Notes: generated by a model from the letters alone, not told the origin. A stretch of 64,000 bases of DNA from Candidatus Saccharimonadia bacterium (GCA_023253175.1 JALRHH010000002.1:192199-256198), one strand, 5' to 3'. Positions 9,559-19,453 are shown, numbered from the stretch's first letter. A program made the numbers and translations.

Positions 9559-9915
9559 GTGATGTCAAAACTTATTATAGGTTTATACGTAGTCACAGCC
9601 TCGCTTGCACTAATTTTAATTAAGCTTGGCTCTTCGGATGGTGCGCCCCTCTCATTTGAAAAACAACGAATTATATTCAACTTGAATCCTCTCATTTTTA
9701 TGGCAGGCTTTCTTTATATATTTAGTTTCATGCTCTATACATACCTAATATCAAAGTATGACCTCGGGTATATAATTCCACTAGGAACAGCGCTTGTTTA
9801 TATTCTGATTTTTGTATCGTCTTTCGTCATATTCAACGAAACATTCACTGTATTAAAAATAGCTGGAATTTCCTTAATTATATTAGGGCTAATCTTATTG
9901 AATATTAAGAACTGA
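9559..9915 (+). CDS. Small 4-TM membrane protein (EamA/SMR-like; possible undecaprenyl-phosphate-sugar flippase subunit, ArnE/F- or GtrA-like role)
   Basis: 118 aa with four hydrophobic segments. The role is inferred from context only. Confidence 0.4.
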   Translation: MMSKLIIGLYVVTASLALILIKLGSSDGAPLSFEKQRIIFNLNPLIFMAGFLYIFSFMLYTYLISKYDLGYIIPLGTALVYILIFVSSFVIFNETFTVLKIAGISLIILGLILLNIKN

Positions 9916-9925
9916 CACCTGTAAG

Positions 9926-11932
9926 CTACCACACTACCTTTGCCCTTGCCCCAAAGGTATCAATTAATCCACTTGAAGACCTCTGATCCGTAACAATATA
10001 GAACTCCTTGCCGCTGGCTTTTGCTAAATCTACACAAGAATTAACCTGAGTGACTAGTTCTGCCTGCTCGGAGGGCGTGAAAGTTCCTAAGGTTAAATTA
10101 ATGTATATTTTGTAAAAACAATTTTTGGGTAGGGATTGTTCAGAACTAGAATTATAAGCAAGGGAGTTTGCCCAATACATGGTTTGAGGGTGCGCAAAAA
10201 GTTTTGACTGATCATCGGTATAGTGTAGCGTAATGACATTATAATTTTGTACCTTACCTTCTGACCCAAGCTCTGTAATCATTCGCACGTCTTGATCAAC
10301 ATAAGCAGGCTTAGGCTCGCCTGAATAATTCCTAAACAAACTTCTTACATCCCTCATCGGATTATCATTAATAGCCATTAGTGAAAAAATAAATGTAAGT
10401 GGGATTGCAACTATAATTATCAGTAAACTCTCGGTAGTCATCCTTACCTTATTAGCGATATCAGATAGCACTGCAACTAGAAATACGAATGTCATCAACT
10501 CCAAGAACATTGCCAACTTAATTACGTAATATCTAATCTCGCCAAGTTCAAAATACTGATAACTCGCTAGACACAGAACAGCCATTAAGCTAGGTATTAA
10601 TAGATATATTCCAATCCTTTTCACCGAGTCATCTATACCTTTATAAAATGCAAAATACGCTGTGAGTCCAGCAGTTAGCATCAAGAACTGCGGATGAAAT
10701 ACTTTCAATCCACCCGTGGCATTAAGGCCATCTGCGGTTCCTACGGAAGCATAGGAAAGTTGAAGATACAGAGGAATAACTTGTAGTAACATTCCAAACC
10801 CTATGAAAGCTATCTGTTTTTTTGATGGTGAGAAAATATGTATGCCATTTTTACTTTTAAATTGCGCAGAAAAGACTAGCATAGCAGCGACTGCGAGAAT
10901 AATTGGTGAAAACAGGGGCCAGCTGGATGCAGCACCAAAAAGTATGAGTAAACCTATCAGCCCAAAGGAACCCGGAGAGGGCTGATCTGCTGACTTAGTC
11001 TTATTTTTAAACTCATAAGACAGAATAATGAATCCTAGGATTAGCGCGGCACACACATAATAGTAATTTAGAAAGCCATGATAGATAAACGGCAGTGCAT
11101 AGAATAAAGTATAGATAGTGCCTAACACGGGAACTATAAAAACTAAGACTTTGTTCTTTATATATTTTGACCCCAAAAGAGACAATAACCCCAATACCGA
11201 ATAGTAAAGTAAATAGGCCAGTACGGCAGCAAACAGTAGAAATTCAGAAAAGTATAGCGCCACCCTACCATCCCAGCCGAATGATAAATGATCTATCCCG
11301 TAAGCATTTTCAATAAAAGCTGTCGTTAGGTGAAACCCCGCAGGATAGTAAATAGCACCTGGGGCGTAAGTCATTCTTTCCTTGGCTACAGAATCAGTAA
11401 GTATAGAGAAGTGTGTCGTACCGTCATTACCTTGGATAGCTCCAATGCTCGCAATTCCTTGCGTAACTGTATTTGCAGAAAATAAGCTATAAGATATTGG
11501 AATTATACATATCAAGGCTACGGACAAGGCAAAAAAATCTTCTTTAGTAATTACTGGAATTATCTTTGTGCGCTGCCTTCGACCCACGCTCAATAGCAAC
11601 AAAAGGCTAACCAAGGTGGTTATCACTGCTGCTGTGTTGAATCCACTTTGCGGAAAAACAAAGAACTGTATTACTGTTGCCAGCTGGTAGACTGCATAGA
11701 AAATTAATAGACCAGCCATAAATCGGCTCAGAAAAGATCTTAAAAAGGCAGGTAGAGGAAAGAATAATGCGTATAAAGCCACCAAGGTAAGAGGAAGAAA
11801 AAACTCGATGCCAAGCACATAAAGTAGCGTGGCCGTGAACAACATAAAAACTCCAGTTTTAAAAAGAGTGGATGACACCAGGGCGAGTAATCTCTTACTC
11901 ATTACTATGGAAAGCATCTTTCTAATCTGCAT
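9926..11932 (-). CDS. Large polytopic membrane protein (about 14 or more TM, C-terminal extracytoplasmic domain); GT-C-like candidate
   Basis: 668 aa, almost entirely hydrophobic for the first approx. 520 aa, then a soluble approx. 140-aa C-terminal domain. It is the last gene of the wzm-wzt operon. Confidence 0.55.
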   Translation of the reverse strand: MQIRKMLSIVMSKRLLALVSSTLFKTGVFMLFTATLLYVLGIEFFLPLTLVALYALFFPLPAFLRSFLSRFMAGLLIFYAVYQLATVIQFFVFPQSGFNTAAVITTLVSLLLLLSVGRRQRTKIIPVITKEDFFALSVALICIIPISYSLFSANTVTQGIASIGAIQGNDGTTHFSILTDSVAKERMTYAPGAIYYPAGFHLTTAFIENAYGIDHLSFGWDGRVALYFSEFLLFAAVLAYLLYYSVLGLLSLLGSKYIKNKVLVFIVPVLGTIYTLFYALPFIYHGFLNYYYVCAALILGFIILSYEFKNKTKSADQPSPGSFGLIGLLILFGAASSWPLFSPIILAVAAMLVFSAQFKSKNGIHIFSPSKKQIAFIGFGMLLQVIPLYLQLSYASVGTADGLNATGGLKVFHPQFLMLTAGLTAYFAFYKGIDDSVKRIGIYLLIPSLMAVLCLASYQYFELGEIRYYVIKLAMFLELMTFVFLVAVLSDIANKVRMTTESLLIIIVAIPLTFIFSLMAINDNPMRDVRSLFRNYSGEPKPAYVDQDVRMITELGSEGKVQNYNVITLHYTDDQSKLFAHPQTMYWANSLAYNSSSEQSLPKNCFYKIYINLTLGTFTPSEQAELVTQVNSCVDLAKASGKEFYIVTDQRSSSGLIDTFGARAKVVW

Positions 11933-11941
11933 GTTAAACTG

Positions 11942-13090
11942 TTAGACTTGGAGTTCTTTGTAAATAGAGAGTAGTTCTTTGGAGATAATTGGATAGCTAA
12001 AATCTTTAGCGAATTTCGCGGAATCAGCTTTTGCAACCACAACATTGAGATTACGCAGTTCTCTGGCGAGCTCATAGTATGCAAATGTCTGAGTCAATCG
12101 AATGACAGGTAAATGAGTGTTTATCTCCTTAAAAGACTCTGTAGGATAAGCAACCACTGGAACATGATTTGCAAAAGCATTATTAAGTGCAGCCGAAGAA
12201 ACATTTGAGTAGTATTCTCTATCGTATGGATACACACAAGCATCACATTCTCTCAAAAGTGCGTTCATTCGCTCATCTTCTGCAACGTAACCAGTGATGT
12301 ACACCCTGTCCTTTAGTTGAAGCTTATCAATAAGGTCTGTTATCTTGTCATAAATCGCTATATCATCAGTTCCTGGATGGAGTCCGCCAACAATCGCTAA
12401 CTTATAATTTTCGGGCAAATAACGCAGCGCCCTTACTGCTTCAGTAACTCCTTTAAATCGGTGCATGAACCCTACGGTTGCGTATACAATATCCCCTTCC
12501 TTAAGTTTCAAGTTCTCTTTTATTTCTGTCGACTTGGGAGACAAGTCAATCTCTGGAACGGGGATAACGATTTTTTTAATAATACCCTCAGGAACTCCCC
12601 GTGATACCAAAGATTGCTTTGTAACCTCGTTATGCACCAGTATTAAGTCGGCAACTTTCATAGGATTTATAAAACGTTTATAGAATCTTTTTTGAGATAT
12701 CAAAGCTTTTGTAAAGCCAAGAAAACTTCTTGGACCAAGACCGGTTAGTTTTGCCTTTGTGTGTCCAACATTTGCTGATGTATGCACAGTTACAATGGAC
12801 TTCTTTCCTTGTGACTTAGCTATGTTGATGGCCCTCTCTAACTCGTCCATCCAATAAAAAGAATATTCATGCTGGATGTGTAGTACGTCAAATTCCTTAA
12901 GCTTTTCGTTAAGCAGCTTAAAGGCGTTCTCGTAATCATTTTTGTTCATTACCTTGATCTGATTAGGAGATAGCTCAAAAAACTCATTATGAATTTCTTC
13001 TTCATTTTTCATGGCCTCAAGAAACATTTCTTGATATTTCCCAATACCGCAATCTTCATTATGGGTACTTAGGTGTAGAACTTTAATCAT
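11942..13090 (-). CDS. GT4-family glycosyltransferase
   Basis: 382 aa. It has a GT-B C-terminal pattern (...DACVYPY...SSAALNNAFANHVPVVA). Confidence 0.7.
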   Translation of the reverse strand: MIKVLHLSTHNEDCGIGKYQEMFLEAMKNEEEIHNEFFELSPNQIKVMNKNDYENAFKLLNEKLKEFDVLHIQHEYSFYWMDELERAINIAKSQGKKSIVTVHTSANVGHTKAKLTGLGPRSFLGFTKALISQKRFYKRFINPMKVADLILVHNEVTKQSLVSRGVPEGIIKKIVIPVPEIDLSPKSTEIKENLKLKEGDIVYATVGFMHRFKGVTEAVRALRYLPENYKLAIVGGLHPGTDDIAIYDKITDLIDKLQLKDRVYITGYVAEDERMNALLRECDACVYPYDREYYSNVSSAALNNAFANHVPVVAYPTESFKEINTHLPVIRLTQTFAYYELARELRNLNVVVAKADSAKFAKDFSYPIISKELLSIYKELQV

Positions 13091-14358
13091 GCTGGTAACT
13101 CCTTAATATAGCCATCTACCTTATTAAAAGTCTCGTCCCAGGTCGTAGGCTTAAACTTCTTAATTTTTTCCTTAGCCGCTTTTAATTGACCAGGTTGCAA
13201 TAAATTCCGTATAGCAGCTAAGCATTCATCAGAAGATGCAGGGTCAAAATAAGTAATAAGATCTTCGGCTATTTCAGGCATACTGCTAGTATTACTACTT
13301 ATACACGGGGAACCGTGAGCAATGCTCTCTGCAATTGGCATCCCCCAACCCTCATAGAAGCTAGGATATACACTAAAAAGACAATTATCGTACAACCAAG
13401 CCAGTTCGGCATCGCTAGTATCTTTCATGACTAATATTTGGTCACTTGTCTCCGGGTCCTTATCAATAATATCGAGAATATCCTCTGTTCTCCATCCTTT
13501 TCTACCGACTATAACTAGCTTGGGTAAACTGTAGCCCCGCTTACGTGCAAGCTTATATACATAATAGAGAAGGGTGTGATTTTTTCTTGCTTCAATAGTC
13601 CCAACGCAGAGCAAGAAGTCTTCGCCCTTAAGCCCAGACTCCATAAACTGTTTATTTGACCGTATTGATGCTTCACCAAATGCAAAATCTTCACCGTGCC
13701 TAAAAACATCTATGTGCGGGACTGGTAGTTTGTTTTGTGATAGCCATTCATTTATATCTCTTTTTGTACTTTGAGAGACCGCGAGCACCAACGTAGAGGC
13801 CGGCAATACAAGTGAACAATACCGCTCCATTATCTTTGTAGAATGCCCAGAGTATTGTGGCGTTACAAGCGGCAACATGTCATGGATTACCTGTACTAGC
13901 CGTCCACCATCGCGTGAAAATTTCAAAAGTCTTTCGGTATATTGGCTGCTCGCCCACTCTCCCATTGGTATGAAAAAAATATCATTATTTTGAAAGTTAG
14001 CTTCTTTAAAGCCCCTGAAATACATCTTGGCGAGTAAGTGGCTTACGCGACCCATCCCCCTAATCCGATATACAGCTAACCTTCGCGTCACTCTTACAAA
14101 AAACCACAAAATATGAGTGAGAATATTCTTAGATTTTTTTCTAATAAAAATTTTCTCGATTTGCTTGCCTCTGTATTGACTCACCATGCCAAAGTCGGCT
14201 TCGTAAAATTTTCCGGCTGTATTGTCCCAGCACACAAATGTGCAACTGCCGGAAGCCTCGTAGCGTATTGCAAGCTCGTTTATCATCCTAGGTATTCCTG
14301 TGAGGTTTCCCTGCCAGTGCGCGAAATAACTTATATCAAAAACTAATCTATTCTTCAT
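13087..14358 (-). CDS. GT4-family glycosyltransferase
   Basis: 423 aa. It carries the EX7E-type motif region FSVYPSFYEGWGMPIAESIAHGSPCISSNTSSMPE. Confidence 0.8.
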   Translation of the reverse strand: MKNRLVFDISYFAHWQGNLTGIPRMINELAIRYEASGSCTFVCWDNTAGKFYEADFGMVSQYRGKQIEKIFIRKKSKNILTHILWFFVRVTRRLAVYRIRGMGRVSHLLAKMYFRGFKEANFQNNDIFFIPMGEWASSQYTERLLKFSRDGGRLVQVIHDMLPLVTPQYSGHSTKIMERYCSLVLPASTLVLAVSQSTKRDINEWLSQNKLPVPHIDVFRHGEDFAFGEASIRSNKQFMESGLKGEDFLLCVGTIEARKNHTLLYYVYKLARKRGYSLPKLVIVGRKGWRTEDILDIIDKDPETSDQILVMKDTSDAELAWLYDNCLFSVYPSFYEGWGMPIAESIAHGSPCISSNTSSMPEIAEDLITYFDPASSDECLAAIRNLLQPGQLKAAKEKIKKFKPTTWDETFNKVDGYIKELPA

Positions 14359-15220
14359 GGTTATTTCCTGAACTAAGACGCTTTAGCCTTGACCTACCAG
14401 TTTCCGCAATATGTGATCTCAATGTTTTGATCTTTTCTAATTGCTGCTGGACGTCTACCAAGGCAGTCTCCAGCTCTTTAACGTGATTTTCCTTATGTTG
14501 GATTATCGTCTGATACTCATCAATTGATTGTTTAGTTTTGTAGTGAATAATGGGCTCTCTATTAATGATGGCAGCGACATGATCAAACACCTTCGGAAGT
14601 GAGCTTTCTGCAGCAACATAGTATTCATTAAGGCCATCGTGGTGTGCCTTTACATATTCATTCTCTAGGAGTATCGGCCGCCAATCGTGCTTAACATGGT
14701 TGGCCTCAATGCATAGTAATTCTGGGCGATTTTTTTTCCAATCATTTCCTGCCAGGACTTCGTACTCGTAACCTTCAACATCAACCTTTAAAAACTGTAC
14801 CCGTATACTCTTTGCATGCTCCTTAAAGATTTGACTTAGGGTTACCACGTCTACTTGATAATCAATAAATTTACTAGTTACATTATCAGGGTGGTCAAGA
14901 TAATCTTCCTTCATCTCATTTGAGAAGGTAGACAGACCATCTGTGCCGTACTCCCGAAATGAAAGTTTACCTGATTTATTTGAGACTCCAATATTGAGAT
15001 TAATGTCCCTTTTACGACGCTTATTGATGTATCTATAGATGTGATCTATAGGCTCCACATTGATGCCATTCCAGCCCTTATTATAGAAAAGTTTAGTGAC
15101 TGTATCTATGTCGGGGTTTCCAGCTCCTATATCAATATAGAAGCCTGTTTTTCGATCCTTAAAAAACCAATCGATAATAATATCTTCCCTATTCTGGGCA
15201 TACGTAACTACTTGTTTCAT
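14348..15220 (-). CDS. FkbM-family methyltransferase with approx. 60-aa C-terminal coiled coil
   Basis: 290 aa. The motifs YIDIGAGNPDIDTVTKLFY...NVEP...LSTF...VDVEGYEYEVL are FkbM-like. The C-terminus EYQTIIQHKENHVKELETALVDVQQQLEKIKTLRSHI shows heptad-like periodicity. Confidence 0.75.
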   Translation of the reverse strand: MKQVVTYAQNREDIIIDWFFKDRKTGFYIDIGAGNPDIDTVTKLFYNKGWNGINVEPIDHIYRYINKRRKRDINLNIGVSNKSGKLSFREYGTDGLSTFSNEMKEDYLDHPDNVTSKFIDYQVDVVTLSQIFKEHAKSIRVQFLKVDVEGYEYEVLAGNDWKKNRPELLCIEANHVKHDWRPILLENEYVKAHHDGLNEYYVAAESSLPKVFDHVAAIINREPIIHYKTKQSIDEYQTIIQHKENHVKELETALVDVQQQLEKIKTLRSHIAETGRSRLKRLSSGNNHEE

Positions 15221-16404
15221 TTTACCTGCTTTAGGGTTAGTTCTATTGAAGGAGAAGCAGCGTGAGGGGTGTGCTCTTCCTTTTGTATCTTAATACTCTT
15301 TGCTCTCTCCCACCAGTCCGCAACGCGACCGTCCTGCCATACTATAGCTGGCTCTATATAGTATTCACCGTCTCCTAATATATTTGGAAACGTCCAGTGA
15401 AGTTGTACTTCTTGACCTTTTGTAAGTTGGTCTAGTCTTTGTTTCTTGATATTAGTATTGGTTCCTAATATGCCTTGTCCTGCAGAGTTCTTGATCGTAA
15501 ATCCAAAGTTCGGAGATTCCATAGCATCATATGCCTTTGCTGTAAGCTTGAGGTTTATTTTCTCTTCTGAGACAGAAACACTAAGGTCTGTATATTTAAC
15601 CGTCCCGTCACCCCACCTACTGTACTCCTTTGCATCCGTAGCCTCATAACCCTCATCAAAGAACATTCGAGTATACTTAGATGCAATCTCGTCCGCACTC
15701 CCTTGAGCAACTATCTTACTTTTATTGATCAAAATCGCCCTGTCGCAATATTCACGAACAGAATTCATGTCATGAGTCACAAATACAACCGTTTTTTTCT
15801 TTTGCTTCAGCTCTTTAAAATACTCAAAGCATTTTCTCTGAAATGATGCGTCCCCCACGGCTAAGACCTCGTCGACAAGCAATATATCGGCCTCTGCCCT
15901 AATCGCCATCGAAAACGCCAATCTTACCTGCATACCAGATGAGTAATTCTTCAACTTTTGATCCATAAACCGTTCTAGCTCAGCAAACTCAACAATTTCA
16001 TCATATATATCATTGATATTAGCTTCGCTAAATCCAAGCATTGCACCATTTAAGTAAACATTTTCCCTACCCGTAAGTTCGGCATTGAAGCCAACTCCTA
16101 GTTCAATAAAGGGTACGAGCTTTCCGCCAACGCTTACCTCACCCCTAGTTGGCTGGTATATGCCAGCAAGTATTTTGAGAAGTGTACTCTTGCCGCTTCC
16201 GTTCCTGCCAACAATACCGAAAAACTCACCTTTTTTAATATCAAAGTTAATATCTTTTAGTGCGTGCTGGATTTCTACTGACCGATCCTTCTTGAAGTCG
16301 AACATACCAGTAAAGACGCTTTTGATACTGTTAGATCGTTGATGCGGCAATTTAAAGTCTTTATAGACCTTACTAACTATAATTGCCGACTCTCTACCAG
16401 ACAT
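15217..16404 (-). CDS. wzt: ABC transporter ATP-binding protein Wzt/TagH type with C-terminal glycan-binding (Wzt_C-like) domain
   Basis: It has Walker A GRNGSGKST, signature YSSGMQVRLAF and Walker B ILLVDEVL. The extra approx. 140-aa C-terminal beta-rich domain begins SRWGDGTVKYTDLSV. I prefer the ATG at 16404, with GGAGG 9 nt upstream, over the TTG at 16422. Confidence 0.85.
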   Translation of the reverse strand: MSGRESAIIVSKVYKDFKLPHQRSNSIKSVFTGMFDFKKDRSVEIQHALKDINFDIKKGEFFGIVGRNGSGKSTLLKILAGIYQPTRGEVSVGGKLVPFIELGVGFNAELTGRENVYLNGAMLGFSEANINDIYDEIVEFAELERFMDQKLKNYSSGMQVRLAFSMAIRAEADILLVDEVLAVGDASFQRKCFEYFKELKQKKKTVVFVTHDMNSVREYCDRAILINKSKIVAQGSADEIASKYTRMFFDEGYEATDAKEYSRWGDGTVKYTDLSVSVSEEKINLKLTAKAYDAMESPNFGFTIKNSAGQGILGTNTNIKKQRLDQLTKGQEVQLHWTFPNILGDGEYYIEPAIVWQDGRVADWWERAKSIKIQKEEHTPHAASPSIELTLKQVK

Positions 16405-16405
16405 A

Positions 16406-17218
16406 CTACACTTCCTCCGCAAAATATTTAGATCGACTCTTAAAATACCAGGCGGAGATCAATATTAGAAGCAGTACTATACCTATAGGTATAAGCCGCG
16501 CCCAGGCAAAACCAAATACATCAGATATAGTCTGCGTCTCTGGTGTTATCAGCACATACCTCACATCTTGGATAATTTGGGCTATCGGATTAAGCATTAT
16601 AATCTTTGCGGCCAAAGCAGACTGACTGAAGACAAGAGCAAGAGGATATAGAATCGGTGTAGCATAAAAGGCAGCCTGCATTATTACCTCCCATATATAA
16701 TTTATATCCCTAAACCTTACGAAAGCAGCACTTAAGAAGAAGGCAATTGCCAAAGAGAATGCAAATAGCTCTATAATTAAAAGCGGTAATAAAACAACCG
16801 TAATCCTGATATCAACGTCATTAATCACTATGAATATTGCGATTATTATTGAGTTTAGTATTAGGTTAATAAGTGCCGAAAATGACCCAGCAAGAATAAT
16901 CACATATTTAGGAAAGTTAATCTTTCTAAGTAAATCTCCTTTGCCTACAATCGCACCAACACTTCCTGTTGTAACCTCAGTAAAATAGTTCCATATAACT
17001 ATTCCCGTAAGCAAATATACCGGAAAGTGCGGGACAGCATCACCAATTCTGAAGACTTTTGCGAATACAAGATAAAGGATAGCAAAAAGCGCCAGCGGGC
17101 GAAGTAAGGACCATAAGTAACCTAGCGTGGAGCCCTGGTACCTTAGTTTAAAATCAGTTTTTACTAGCTGCTTAAGCAATAATAATGAGTAACGGTAACG
17201 TGCAATAATGTTCTTCAC
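16406..17218 (-). CDS. wzm: ABC-2 type polysaccharide/teichoic-acid export permease
   Basis: 270 aa with 6 TM. The N-terminal LLKQLVKTDFKLRYQGSTLGYLWSLLRPL motif is typical of Wzm/TagG. Confidence 0.85.
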   Translation of the reverse strand: MKNIIARYRYSLLLLKQLVKTDFKLRYQGSTLGYLWSLLRPLALFAILYLVFAKVFRIGDAVPHFPVYLLTGIVIWNYFTEVTTGSVGAIVGKGDLLRKINFPKYVIILAGSFSALINLILNSIIIAIFIVINDVDIRITVVLLPLLIIELFAFSLAIAFFLSAAFVRFRDINYIWEVIMQAAFYATPILYPLALVFSQSALAAKIIMLNPIAQIIQDVRYVLITPETQTISDVFGFAWARLIPIGIVLLLILISAWYFKSRSKYFAEEV

Positions 17219-17304
17219 TTCGCCTATTTTACCCCTTCACTCCTGTCAGAACAAGGGTTGGGTTATTGATGCAGTGCATCATGTAGTCTAATCTAAGGGT
17301 AGCC

Positions 17305-18420
17305 ATGAATAAATCCAGCAAAAAAATTATTCTAGATGCATATCAGTCAAGCACATCCATTACAGGAACGGATAGGATGGCGCACAACTTCTTGGTGCAG
17401 CTCCAGGAAATAGACCAGACTAATAACTACGTGGTGATTTGCTCACCACACAACTACATACCAGCTACCATAACGAATCCTAATTTCAAGGTGTTATCAC
17501 CTCCTAAATTATTTCTTCCTACGATTTTAGTAAAAGCAATCAATAAATTATGGCGAGTGAGTATGTACTACTATCTTTCTCGCAAACGAAGTAATGTCTT
17601 TTATTCGTTCCATAATATGCGGCTTCCAAGGCAAAGAGTTGCAAAGCGCATGATCGCCAGTAACCTTGATCTTATACCCATCGTTCTTGATGAGTACAAA
17701 GGACTGGGTGGGATTACCCCCGAAAAGCAAATTCAAATATACAAAGATGTCACCGCCAAAGCCGACAAACTTGTCTCAATCTCAGAATTCTCAAAACAGC
17801 AACTATCCGAAATACTGGACGTTCCTATTTCAAAAATTGATGTAGTCCACCTTGCCCCGGACCAACAGTTTGAGCTCCAGAATACACCAGGGAGAATAGT
17901 CAAAGACGATTACATTTTTACTATTGGTGGCAGCGAGCCACGCAAAAACGTAAAAACCGTCATAGAGGCATATGAACAGCTACCAGATGATATACAACAG
18001 CAGTACAAGTTAGTCATTGCAGGAGGTAAGTGGCACGGCCAAAAGCTAGACTATGCAGCAAATGAAAATATTATTGAGATTGGATACGTTCCCGACGAAG
18101 ACCTCCCCGGTCTTTATGCGAATTCATCAGTCTTTGTATTTGCATCTGTTTACGAAGGTTTTGGATTTACGATTCTAGAGGCCATGGCAACAGGCACGCC
18201 TGTTATTAACGCAAAGGGTTCGTCACTTGACGAGGTAGCCGGAGACGCTACACTGTCATTTCAAGCAACCGATTCAGCAGCATTAGCCGCAGAGCTCGAA
18301 AAAGTCCTTAACAGCCAAAAACTCCGAGCTGACTTAACAGAAAAAGGATACAGCCAGCTTCAGAAATTCTCGTGGAAAGAGTCTGCAATTAAATTACACC
18401 AAATACTTACGGACAACTAG
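17305..18420 (+). CDS. GT4-family glycosyltransferase (mannosyl/rhamnosyltransferase-like)
   Basis: 371 aa with the motif FVFASVYEGFGFTILEAMATGTPVINAKGSSLDEV. Confidence 0.8.
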   Translation: MNKSSKKIILDAYQSSTSITGTDRMAHNFLVQLQEIDQTNNYVVICSPHNYIPATITNPNFKVLSPPKLFLPTILVKAINKLWRVSMYYYLSRKRSNVFYSFHNMRLPRQRVAKRMIASNLDLIPIVLDEYKGLGGITPEKQIQIYKDVTAKADKLVSISEFSKQQLSEILDVPISKIDVVHLAPDQQFELQNTPGRIVKDDYIFTIGGSEPRKNVKTVIEAYEQLPDDIQQQYKLVIAGGKWHGQKLDYAANENIIEIGYVPDEDLPGLYANSSVFVFASVYEGFGFTILEAMATGTPVINAKGSSLDEVAGDATLSFQATDSAALAAELEKVLNSQKLRADLTEKGYSQLQKFSWKESAIKLHQILTDN

Positions 18421-18438
18421 CTTTCTCACCATTAACTC

Positions 18439-19383
18439 ATGTACCCTATAGATATGGAAAAAATTATTGTTACTGGGATTAATGGATTTGTGGGCAACCA
18501 TTTGGTTGATGCTTTGATTACAGAAAATTACGAAGTAGTCGGAGTCGGCCGAGAAGAATCCTTAAGTGCAGAATTGGCTGACAGAGTACAGGAGTACCAC
18601 AGCTGCGATCTTGGCAACTACGAAGAGGTAGCAAAGCTCCCCCTTAAAGATGTTAAGGGTATCATTAACTTAGCCGGCCTTGCAGCCGTTGGTCCTTCGT
18701 TTGATAATCCTGAACTGTACATGCGCGTTAATACGGCCGTCCTAGATACCGTCTGCAAAGCCGCTATCGAACAAAATGCTACGAATATCAGAATCATTTC
18801 CATAAGTTCCGGTGCCGTGTACAGCTCAAAGCAACCTATGCCGCTCGGCGAGGAGTCTAAGCTTGCACCAGAATCTTCCCCTTATGCTGCAAGTAAGATT
18901 GCGATGGAAGAACTGTCGCTTAAGTACAGGGAACAGGACCTAGATTGTGTCGTAGCAAGACCGTTTAATCACATTGGCCCTGGTCAATTGCCTGGCTTTA
19001 TACTGCCAGATCTTTTCAAAGAAATTTCATCATTAAGCGAGGGCGAAATTTTAAAGGTCGGCAACCTAACTACCAAGCGTGACTACACAGATGTTCGCGA
19101 TGTAGCAAAAGCTTACGTTAGCCTTATCTCTGCCAAGACATTGAATCACGGCATCTATAATGTCTGTACTGGACGATCCTTGAGTGGTGAATACATCCTA
19201 GAAAAACTCAAAGAAGGATTAGGGGTGCCGACACTCATCCATGAAGTAGACGAGACTCGCTTCCGTCCATCTGACGCGCCCGATCTGTATGGCGATAGCT
19301 CAAAGCTCCAAGCCGACACAGGATGGACGCCTCAAATTCCCATCGAACAAACGATTCAAGATTTCATTGCTTGGGCGAAGTAA
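18439..19383 (+). CDS. NAD-dependent epimerase/reductase, GDP-4-keto-6-deoxy-D-mannose reductase (Rmd)-like
   Basis: 314 aa. It has the Rossmann motif IIVTGINGFVGNHL and catalytic SPYAASK (YxxxK). It is convergent with gmd. Rmd versus another SDR cannot be resolved by eye. Confidence 0.55.
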   Translation: MYPIDMEKIIVTGINGFVGNHLVDALITENYEVVGVGREESLSAELADRVQEYHSCDLGNYEEVAKLPLKDVKGIINLAGLAAVGPSFDNPELYMRVNTAVLDTVCKAAIEQNATNIRIISISSGAVYSSKQPMPLGEESKLAPESSPYAASKIAMEELSLKYREQDLDCVVARPFNHIGPGQLPGFILPDLFKEISSLSEGEILKVGNLTTKRDYTDVRDVAKAYVSLISAKTLNHGIYNVCTGRSLSGEYILEKLKEGLGVPTLIHEVDETRFRPSDAPDLYGDSSKLQADTGWTPQIPIEQTIQDFIAWAK

Positions 19384-19453
19384 GGTAAAGATCCTAACGA
19401 AAATTAAAACGACCCCTGGAGATAGGAGTCGTTTTAATGTAACATTGCGCGTA

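Noticed and set aside
9926-11932. Calling the 668-aa membrane protein a Wzy polymerase or ArnT
   Set aside because: No diagnostic motif was recognisable by eye. Only topology and context support a GT-C-like role, so it is left as a candidate.
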